Below, one piece after another: positions 29,501 through 41,500 of a DNA stretch of 64,000 nt (the stretch's first letter is position 1; each line of letters opens with the position of its first letter). Under the pieces are notes generated by a model. That model was not told the origin of the DNA, made no database searches, and saw nothing but the letters and a program-made list of their open reading frames with translations. The position numbers and the translations under genes are program-made. Origin of the DNA: Nemertoderma westbladi (Eukaryota; Animalia; Xenacoelomorpha); the NCBI GenBank assembly GCA_032718475.1, contig JAUCBJ010005164.1:9064-73063 (forward strand), read 5' to 3'.

Positions 29501-32500
29501 CGACAGTGTCGGTACAGCAGTATAACTTACATTCTATAAAGGTACATGTGAACGATCCGACAGTGTCGGTACATCAGTATAACTTACCTTCTATGCAGGT
29601 ACATTTGAACGATCCGACAGTGTCGGTACAGCAGTATAACTTACCTTCTATGCAGGTACATTTGAACGATACGACTGTGTCGGTACATCAGTATAACTTA
29701 CCTTCTATAAAGGTACATTTGAACGATCCGACTGTGTCGGTACATCAGTATAACTTACCTTCTATGCAGGTACATGTGAACGATCCGACATTGTCGGTAC
29801 AGCAGTATAACTTACCTTCTATGCAGGTACATTTGAACGATCCGACAGTGTCGGTACAGGCAGTATAACTTACCTTATATGCAGGTACATTTGAACAATC
29901 CGACTGTGTCGGTACAGCAGTATAACTTACCTTCTATGCAGGTACATTTGAACGATCCGACAGTGTCGGTACAGGCAGTATAACTTACCTTCTATGCAGG
30001 TACATGTGAACGATCCGACATTGTCGGTACAGCAGTATAACTTACCTTCTATGCAGGTACATGTGAACGATCCGACTGTGTCGGTAAAGGAAGTATAACT
30101 TACCTTCTATAAAGGTACATGTGAACGATCCGACAGTGTCGGTACAACAGTATAACTTACCTTCTATGCAGGTACATTTGAACGATCCGACAGTGTCGGT
30201 AAAGGGGAAGTATAACTTACCTTCTATGCAGGTACATGTGAACGATCCGACAGTGTCGGTACAGCAGTATAACTTACCTTTTATGCAGGTACATGTGAAC
30301 GATCCGACAGTGTCGGTACAGCAGTATAACATACATTCTATAAAGGTACATGTGAACGATCCGACAGTGTCGGTACATCAGTATAACTTAACTTCTATGC
30401 AGGTACATGTGAACGATCCGACAGCGTCGGTACAGCAGTATAACTTACCTTCTATGCAGGTACGCATGAACGATCCGACAGTGTCGGTAAAGGAAGTATA
30501 ACATACATTCTATAAAGGTACATGTGAATGATCCGACAGTGTCGGTACATCAGTATAACTTAACTTATATGCAGGTACATGTGAACGATCCGACAGTGTC
30601 GGTACAGCAGTATAACTTACCTTCTATGCAGGTACATGTGAACGATCCGACAGTGTCGGTTCAGGCAGTATAACTTACCTTCTATGCAGGTACATGTGAA
30701 CGATCCGACTGTGTCGGTACAGCAGTATAACTTACCTTCTATGCAGGTACATGTGAACGATCCGACAGTGTCGGTACAGGCAGTATAACTTACCTTCTAT
30801 GCAGGTACATGTGAACGATCCGACAGTGTCGGTACATCAGTATAACTTACCTTCTATGCAGGTACATTTGAACGATCCGACAGTGTCGGTACAGCAGTAT
30901 AACTTACCTTCTATGCAGGTACATGTGAACGATCCGACAGTGTCGGTACATCAGTATAACTTACCTTCTATGCAGGTACATATGAACGATCCGACAGTGT
31001 CGGTAAAGGAAGTATAACATACATTCTATAAAGGTACATGTGAACGATCCGACAGTGTCGGTACAGCAGTATCACTTACCTTCTATGCAGGTACATTTGA
31101 ACGATCCGACTGTGTCGGTACAGCAGTATAACTTACCTTCTATGCAGGTACATTTGAACGATCCGACAGTGTCGGTACAGCAGTATAACTTACCTTCTAT
31201 GCAGGTACATGTGAACGATCCGACAGTGTCGGTACAGCAGTATAACTTACCTTCTATGCAGGTACATGTGAACGATCCGACAGTGTCGGTACAGCAGTAT
31301 AACTTACCTTCTATGAAGGTACATGTGAACGATCCGACAGTGTCGGTACAGCAGTATAACTTACCTTCTATGCAGGTACATGTGAACGATCCGACAGTGT
31401 CGGTACAGCAGTATAACTTACCTTCTATGCAGGTACATGTGAACGATCCGACATTGTCGGTACAGCAGTATAACTTACCTTCTATGCAGGTACATGTGAA
31501 CGATCCGACAGTGTCGGTACAGCAGTATAACTTACCTTCTATGCAGGTACATGTGGACGATCCGACAGTGTCGGTACAGGCAGTATAACTTATCTTCTAT
31601 GCAGGTACATGTGAACGATCCGCCAGTGTCGGTACAGCAGTATAACTTACCTTCTATGCAGGTACATGTGAACGATCCGACAGTGTCGGTACAGCAGTAT
31701 AACTTACCTTCTATGCAGGTACATGTAAACGATCCGACAGTGTCGGTACAGCAGTATAACTTACCTTCTATGCAGGTACATGTGAACGATCCGGGAGTGT
31801 CGGTACATTCTGCATTGGCGTGACAATTATGTGATCCATCGTTGCACTCGTTGATATCTACAGATATAACGAACATTACGTGATATAAAAAAATATGTGT
31901 GCAACAAATAAAAAATAGATTATGTTAATTAAGCGGCCACTAAGTTTAATTAAAACTAAATTACAAAGAGTCGTTAATTATAGAGATGATAGAATTCAGT
32001 CAGACATATATTTTATTAATATTTGGACTAACTTTCGCAGGAGAATTGGTTAACTCGTCTGTATCCGGTAAGGCAATCACACTCGTAGCTGCCGTCAGTG
32101 TTGCGGCACGATGTGGTAGCGGAATCGCAGCCATTCGGGTTGTTACATTCATTGATATCTAAATATTATGGAATAAAATAACGATTAATAATACAAACTA
32201 GATACAGTAAAATCAGAAACACAGGATACCATATTTGGCTGACTACCTTCTAATTTTTTTATTGACCGTTTTATTATTCCAAAATAATTTAACATCATTT
32301 AAAGTGTTTACTAATAACACAGTCGATTACAATATATCTCATGATGGATTTAATAAAGAAGTAAGTAAAGTGAACTTTACTGCTCTAAGAGACTAATTAC
32401 TTTACAATAAAACTGAACCTTAACATAGAATTTGTCCTGATTACGTCACAAACAAGTAATATTTATTTTTTAACATCGATAGACAACGAAATAGACCTAA

Positions 32501-35500
32501 TACCTACCACTAAACCTAATGTGGACCGTTAATTACTATTTTAAATTTTACGTTGCTATTGATGTCAGTAATATCTTACAAAATCAACTGGCTTGTGGCT
32601 TTATTTACACTAACAAAGTAGGGTCGTGCTGTTATACACTACAGAGAATACAATACCGTGAAGTTATACATTACACGCAAGTGGGTAACAGGTAATACGG
32701 AACGAAACATACTTATCAGGCCACATTCATTCACGTTTGGCCCACATGCAGTAATTCTCAATTTATTCAATTCCTCAGTAAAATTATACAGTTCAATGTT
32801 CGTTACTAAGCATGAATGCACCCTCATGTATATTAATATAACAAATTCACCTTCTAATATTTTAACAATTTGATTTGATTTTACCTGGCGTACCTGAACT
32901 GTTATATACTACAATACCATAGTAGAGTACACGTTCGTGGGGCGTCGCGCAGCACGCGAACTTGAGCAAGTTCGAAACAAGTTCGATTTGATCTGGAGTC
33001 AAAAGTTCGAGAGGTATTTGCCCGTAACTTTCAAAAATATTGGAACTTTTTCTCTAGTATGCCCATACAAAATTTGGTTGAATATGGTTAAAATCTTCAA
33101 AAGTTATTTACGAATGAATTTTTCATTACAGACGGACAGACGAGACAGTCAGACATACAGACGACATGAAATTTTGCCCTATTTACTAATTATAATTATG
33201 CGCTAAGGCTCGCCCTGAGCTGCGTGGCTCGCCCCACATCCGTGCGATAGGAAAGATGCACTCATAAAAATAACTGTGTATATCGATAAAACAATAGTAT
33301 ACTCAGTCATATAATTAATAAGAGTATATTAGTTACGGAATTCTAAAATATATAATTAAAAACAATCTACTAGTATTCGATAAAGTGAACAAACCATCAC
33401 AATCCTCGCCGTTTCCAGAATATCCGGTTTTACAAACGCAGTTAAATCCTCCTGGAGTATTGTGACAGTTGGCGTTAGGGTCACAATTGTGTGTTCCATC
33501 AGTACACTCATTGTCGTCTAAATGATAAATACAAATATAGGCCTATATAAACGATTAGAATAGGAATCATAAATACATTTTATTATTATAAAAACTAAAA
33601 TAATAATAACAAATAAATTATAATAAAATAATATTAGAAGTGAAAGAAATAATAATAGCTACAGTAGTATTTTCCCAAAATGCGGGATCATTGTATTTTA
33701 TCACAGATAAATAGCACACCGTTATAACTTTTACTTTAATAAGTTTATAAACTAAAGATATTAAATTAAGTACAAATAAATAGATTAGGTACGGTGTTGT
33801 TGTTGTCGTATATAGTCCGACTCCGTCGCCAAAACCAGAGAACGATCGTTGTCGTCCACGGAGGCACAGGAGACAGGACTGGAGAAGGGCGAAATGAAGG
33901 CGCCGCCTTACACACCCCAGAACATACCGCAGCCACCCTCTGCCCTGCCCGTATGCCCCTCGCAACCAAGTCAGCCGGACCAAAGACACAACCGACTTTA
34001 AGTCCTACGTTGTCTAGGTGACCACGTGATAGGGTAAGGAGCAAGGGAACAACAACCTAAGCAGGAAGCTCTCCGAACAATCACATCAACAAACTCCAAC
34101 CGACTTACAATAAGTAAATAAATCATATCTAACTAAAGTATAACTAAAATTGAGGTTAAATGGGAGGCCTAATTCATATAAAAATATTTAAGGGAAATGT
34201 AATACATCAAACTATTTAACAATATTCTCCATAAGCAGTATGTATACACTATAGCTAGCACTATGGAATACTCTTATACGCATGTCGCATCCGATCTGTC
34301 GAACGACTTGTCAGCAACGTGGTCTCTGAAGACAAAACATCGTAAATATCCTCACAGGCGGATTCAAGTTCTTATATTCACTGACTTCTCCATACCAGAG
34401 GATTCGATTCCTATATTATTCCTATATTATATTCCTATACGCGTAGCGTATAGGAATCGAGGATAACACACCAATAGAACGTGATGGAATGATATAGAAC
34501 TACTGTAGGACAATCGCTAGATTTTTATAATAACCTTCATACCTGTACATGAAACTCCATCTCCTGAATATCCATCATTACAATCACAACTAAATCCTCC
34601 GGGGGTGTTCGTACAGGTTGCTTGGGCGTGGCAATTATGGGTCCCAGCAACGCATTCGTTGTCGTCTGTGAAAAATTAAATATTTCATCAATTAATAAAA
34701 ATAATTAATTATGAAATAATTTCGATTGGTTTCTAAACACATAAAACTTTAGTAAACAATCAACCCACCAGCAAAAAGTATTCAATATATAGTCGGTTAT
34801 TGTCAATAAGGGTAGCATTGCGGGTTTAGTTTACTACAGTAGTCCTTACCTTTACAAGTGATACCGTTCCCTGAGTAACCGGGATTGCATTCACAATGCC
34901 AGCCGGGTACGTCGTTAATGCACGCAGCATTGGGGTCGCAGTTCGCTAGTCCTACCTGTAAAAGTGATACCGTTCCCTGAGTAACCGGGATTGCATTCAC
35001 AATGCCAGCCGGGTACGTCGTTAATGCACGCAGCATTGGGGTTGCAGTTCGCTAGACCTACCTGTACAAGTGATACCGTTCCCTGAGTAACCGGGATTGC
35101 ATTCACAATGCCAGCCGGGTACGTCGTTAATGCACGCAGCATTGGGGTCGCAGTTCGCTAGACCTACCTGTACAAGTGATACCGTTCCCTGAGTAACCGG
35201 GATTGCATTCACAATGCCAGCCGGGTACGTCGTTAATGCACGCAGCATTGGGGTCGCAGTTCGCTAGACCTACCTGTACAAGTGATACCGTTCCATGAGT
35301 AACCGGGATTGCATTCACAATGCCAGCCGGGTACGTCGTTAATGCACGCAGCATTGGGGTCGCAGTTCGCTAGACCTACCTGTACAAGTGATACCGTTCC
35401 CTGAGTAACCGGGATTGCATTCACTATGCCAGCCGGGTACGTCGTTAATGCACGCAGCATTGGGGTCGCAGTTCGCTAGTCCTACCTGTACAAGTGATAC

Positions 35501-38500
35501 CGTTCCCTGAGTAACCGGGATTGCATTCACTATGCCAGCCGGGTACGTCGTTAATGCACGCAGCATTGGGGTCGCAGTTCGCTAGTCCTACCTGTACAAG
35601 TGATACCGTTCCCTGAGTAACCGGGATTACATTCACTATGCCAGCCGGGTACGTCGTTAATGCACGCAGCATTGGGGTCGCAGTTCGCTAGTCCTACCTG
35701 TACAAGTGATACCGTTCCCTGAGTAACCGGGATTGCATTCACTATGCCAGCCGGGTACGTCGTTAATGCACGCAGCATTGGGGTCGCAGTTCGCTAGACC
35801 TACCTGTACAAGTGATACCGTTCCCAGAGTAACCGGGATTGCATTCATAATGCCAGCCGGGTACGTCGTTAATGCACGCAGCATTGGGGTCGCAGTTCGC
35901 TAGACCTACCTGTACAAGTGATACCGTTCCCAGAGTAACCGGGATTGCATTCACAATGCCAGCCGGGTACGTCGTTAATGCACGCAGCATTGGGGTCGCA
36001 GTTCGCTAGACCTACCTGTACAAGTGATACCGTTCCCAGAGTAACCGGGATTGCATTCACAATGCCAGCCGGGTACGTCGTTAACGCACGCAGCATTGGG
36101 GTCGCAGTTCGCTAGACCTACCTGTACAAGTGATACCGTTCCCTGAGTAACCGGGATTGCATTCACAATGCCAGCCGGGTACGTCGTTAATGCACGCAGC
36201 ATTGGGGTCGCAGTTCGCTAGTCCTACCTGTACAAGTGATACCGTTCCCAGAGTAACCGGGATTGCATCCACAATGCCAGCCGGGTACGTCGTTAATGCA
36301 CGCAGCATTGGGGTCGCAGTTCGCTAGACCTACCTGTACAAGTGATACCGTTCCGTGAGTAACCGGGATTGCATTCACAATGCCAGCCGGGTGCGTCGTT
36401 AATGCACGCAGCATTGGGGTCGCAGTTCGCTAGACCTACCTGTACAAGTGATACCGTTCCCTGAGTAACCGGGATTGCATTCACAATGCCAGCCGATACC
36501 GTTCCTAGAGTAACCGGGATTGCATTCACAATGCCAGCCGGGTACGTCGTTAATGCACGCAGCATTGGGGTCGCAGTTCGCTAGTCCTACCTGTACAAGT
36601 GATACCGTTCCCTGAGTAACCGGGATTGCATTCACAATGCCAGCCGGGTACGTCGTTAATGCACGCAGCATTGGGGTCGCAGTTCGCTAGACCTACCCGT
36701 ACAAGTGATACCGTTCCCTGAGTAACCGGGATTGCATTCATAATGCCAGCTGGATACGTCGTTAATGCACGCAGCATTGGGGTCGCAGTTCGCTAGACCT
36801 ACCTGTACAAGTGATAACGTTCCCTGAGTAACCGGGATTGCATTCACAATGCCAGCCGGGTACGTCGTTAATGCACGCAGCATTGGGGTCGCAGTTCGCT
36901 AGACCTACCTGTACAAGTGATACCGTTCCCTGAGTAACCGGTATTGCATTCACAATGCCAGCCGGGTACGTCGTTAATGCACGCAGCATTGGGGTCGCAG
37001 TTCGCTAGACCTACCCGTACAAGTGATACCGTTCCCTGAGTAACCGGTATTGCATTCACAATGCCAGCCGGGTACGTCGTTAATGCACGCAGCATTGGGG
37101 TCGCAGTTCGCTAGACCTACCTGTACAAGTGATACCGTTCCGTGAGTAACCGGGATTGCATTCACAATGCCAGCCGTGTGCGTCGTTAATGCACGCAGCA
37201 TTGGGGTCGCAGTTCGCTAGACCTACCTGTACAAGTGATACCGTTCCCTGAGTAACCGGGATTGCATTCACAATGCCAGCCGGGTACGTCGTTAATGCAC
37301 GCAGCATTGGGGTCGGAGTTCGCTAGACCTACCTGTACAAGTGATACCGTTCCCAGAGTAACCGGGATTGCATCCACAATGCCAGCCGGGTACGTCGTTA
37401 ATGCACGCAGCATTGGGGTCGGAGTTCGCTAGACCTACCTGTACAAGTGATACCGTTCCCAGAGTAACCGGGATTGCATCCACAATGCCAGCCGGTTACG
37501 TCGTTAATGCACGCAGCATTGGGGTCGCAGTTCGCTAGACCTACCTGTACAAGTGATACCGTTCCCTGAGTAACCGGGATTGCATTCACAATGCCAGCCG
37601 GGTACGTCGTTAATGCACGCAGCATTGGGGTCGCAGTTCGCTAGACCTACCTGTACAAGTGATACCGTTCCATGAGTAACCGGGATTGCATTCACAATGC
37701 CAGCCGGGTACGTCGTTAATGCACGCAGCATTGGGGTCGCAGTTCGCTAGACCTACCTGTACAAGTGATACCGTTCCCTGAGTAACCGGGATTGCATTCA
37801 CAATGCCAGCCGGGTACGTCGTTAATGCACGCAGCATTGGGGTCGCAGTTCGCGGCGCCGGTCAAACATTCGTTTATGTCGTCGCAGTTATTCACTCCAT
37901 CGCCGGTGTATCCTAGCAACAAAATGTAGTTTCGTTAAAACCTTTGATTTACAGTATGTATCCTAGCACCAATATCTGGCCGGGCTACAATGCTCAGTCA
38001 ATGTTCTTTCAAGCTGCTAAGTCCGACACAGACTAGAGTAAAGCTTGGTCTTTTATTGATACGGCTAAGTACCCAGTGCTCTACATAACTACCATCTTGT
38101 GCGCATAAATTAATTATTAATCGTATCGAATATATTATTTATTACACAGAACAGGGTCCTCGAGTTTGTAAAACTCAGTGATTAATAATATGACTCTAAT
38201 TCACACCATCCAATTATTGGTATATAGAGAGCATTGTGTTCATAAATAACGTGATCTGCAACAGGCAATTAATAAGTTCAGTGGCGATTTGTTGTAAATT
38301 AATTAATGAAGTTTAGTATACGATGGGCACTCAGCTGTACTATTGTATTGATACAGTACATACTGTACACATAACCCTGTAGACGACTACTAACTAATAT
38401 ATCTTGTAAACTGCCGCTACAGTAGCTAAAGTTCGATAATTCCATTCACTTCTGACTATATCAACGCATAGCTTTATTACTTTAAAAAATTGGAAAATTA

Positions 38501-41500
38501 ATTTGTTCGATCCTTTTAAAAGTACAAAAGTAATCGTTAGGCCCAGATTAACGATTATATTTTTGTGTAATCTGTTGTTTATTCAGGTATTAATTGTTGT
38601 AAGTATATCGTAATAGATAAACACCATATTCGGGAGTTACCTTGGCCCGACTGCATGAAAAAAAGTAAAAAATATGGTGAATTGATTGATTTACTGTATA
38701 TTTACGGTATTTAAATAACTCGTGATGTTCAGATGTACCCCAGTGTGTAAATATAAACCTCCTTATGTCTTTGTAATAATTTAGTGATCTTATTAAACTA
38801 CAGTACCGGTACATCATCCACGAGTTTTTCTATGAATCGTTATTTGCAATCGTATTATATAACTTTTCGCAAATTACTTTTTAACAATATTTATGAAGCA
38901 GTTTGAATAGCTTCCTATCACATAGTGTACCTGTTCACACCTAAATTTTAGTTTTGCTTTTGAGGGAACAATTTCGTGGAAAAAAATTTAAAACTGTTAA
39001 CAATTGTGTCAAAAAACTGTATGCTTTGTGGGCTAAGCTACAATGGGCGACGGTGGCCACGGACGAAGGTGACTCTCGGGTGACGGTATCTCACTCATTC
39101 GATTCGGATGAGGTTAGAAATAGGTTATACATGGAAGGGTGCAATTTGAGTGCCGTTAAATAAACGAACGTTTGCAAGTCAAAGTCAGTCATTTTAAGCC
39201 AATAAAATCAAATTGTTTTCGCGCTGAACACGATGTTATGACAATCAATCTCGTGGATGATTAAGTAGTTTAGGTAAACTTGCCTGTATTATTTATACTG
39301 CCAATTAATAATAATCTACTCGTTATTAGATCGCCATGTATAATACTTCGGTTAGTCTCGAGATGGGCCACAACATTAGTACGGGAGATGGTGACAATTC
39401 TTCGCTCTATTTCGAAGGGGGAAATAAAAAAATCGACTATGTTTTCGTCTATAAATCCAAAGATTTTGAATCCGGCAAAGTGGCAGAAATGCGAGAGAAT
39501 TTCAGAGAAGATATCGAGGAGATAGGAATAGAGGTTGAGGTTGATGACGGTGATGAGTCTGACGGCGACAAACGAATTCGTTGCTACAAACTCCACGCGA
39601 CATGGGAACTTCTATGTAAATTCGCTGAGATTTTAAAATTAATGATGCCATTGAAAGTCCATGAAATAAAGACGCATAAGGACATTTTTATTGCTCGTAA
39701 AATGCACGACATACTTTTCACCAACGAAGACCATCGAAAAATGGCTCCATTCAAAATTGCCAAAGCTGCTGACTTTATGACTGAACCGAGGGATATGTTT
39801 TTTACTTCCACCCAGAGGAGCCAGCTGCTCTGGGCAGCTCTCCAGTGCTATAACAAATATGATGGTAATAGTGATGATGATAACTTTGAGGTCAAACCTG
39901 ATATCAAAACTCTCCTAACCAACGGCACCTTCAAAGAGGCCTACCCACTACATGATGGTGATTACGATGAATATTCTGGTCAGAAGGGTAGAAAGTGGCT
40001 ACTTGAAAACTGGGCAACTTTACGTAAAGTGCGTAACAAGCAACCATTAGAGGAAATTAAGGCGTATTTTGGAGAGAAATTTGCCATATATTTCTCATGG
40101 TTGGGTTATTACACATTTATGTTAATATTCCCAGCCATAGTTAGCATTGGTGTTTTTATGTACGGTCTTGTTTCCTCAATAATGATCGATGACGACTTGA
40201 GTAAGGAAGTATGTGGTGATGACGTAGGCAATATTACTATGTGCCCTCTTTGCGACTCTGTCTGTCCTTATTGGCACCTAAGGGACAGTTGTAATACCTT
40301 GGCGACTTATCCGATATTTAACAACGAGGCCAGCATATTGTTTTCTATCTTTATGGTCCTTACCGTCACATTATTTTTGGAATTGTGGAAAAGAAACCAG
40401 AATGAGATAAATTACGATTGGGATTTGTTTTACTTTGAAGAAGGAGATCGTCCAGAGTTTGAGGCCAAGGCTAAACATTCTCGAGTCAACCAGGTTACTC
40501 AGTCTATCGAGCCCTTTGTTCCACGTCTATGTAAATGGTCGAGGCTATTGGGTGTGATTTTAGTTACGTTTCTGATGATACTAGTTGTTGTTGCAGCTGT
40601 GTTTGGTATAATTCTATACCGTATCAGCGTCGCTCTGGCATTCTCACAACGGTTCTCTCCACAAACGTCTTCAAACCTAGTAGGTGTCACCTCTGGCATT
40701 ATTAACTACATCGGGATAAAAATTTTAGGTACGATTTACGAAAAAATTGCTTGTTGGTTAACAGTCCTAGAATGCCAGAGAACTGATGCTAGGTATGAAA
40801 AGAGTTACACACAAAAGCTGTTTCTCTTTCAGTTCGTTAACAACTATGCTTGCTTATTTTACATAGCTTTCATCAAAGGCAAATTGCAAAAGTTGCCTAA
40901 TCAAATATTCAAGATAGGTGGTACAAAGGGTAATGAGGCATGCGACGCTAATGGGAGCTGTATGACAGATCTGCTTATCCAATTGGCAACCCTGATGGCC
41001 TGCGAGGCTCTGCAGGATAATATTGTGGAATATGTCATGCCAATAGCCATGAATTACCTCCGCAGAAAATGCGACTGTAACTTCACCAAGAACGCTGAGA
41101 ACCTCAGCCAATGGAAAATAGATTACCGTCTTCAACCTCAGGACATATTAGGCCTGTTTGATGAGTATATCAAGATGGTAATCCAGTTCGGATACGTCAC
41201 TATTTTCGTAGTCGCCTTCCCATTGGCTCCACTACTGGCGCTTATAAATAACATCCTAGAAATCAGATTGGATGCTAATAAGTTTATCAAGCACTATCGT
41301 CGACCTTTCCCAGACAGGGCCCAAAATATCGGAGTGTGGTTGCGAATACTTAAGGGGGTAACTGCGATCAGCGTGGTATCGAACGCTTTCATCATCGCGT
41401 TCACCTCCGATATAATAACTCAGGAGGTCTATAAACGGGCGGTCAGTCCTACGGGAAGCATGGTCGGATATACCAACCACTCACTATCCATATTCTACGT

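Noticed and set aside
28909-31823. Plus-strand ORFs of repeated [19 protein letters not shown] (up to 319 aa)
   Set aside because: Antisense reading of the 57-bp array, open only because the unit is a multiple of 3.
32920-33210. Possible non-autonomous Helitron-like element (acagacggacagac motif)
   Set aside because: Termini could not be defined and no second full copy is in the window.
26837-37837. Dozens of 75-aa ORFs ([11 protein letters not shown]...) as a family of small genes
   Set aside because: They are frame-shifted read-throughs of the 106-bp unit, not independent genes.
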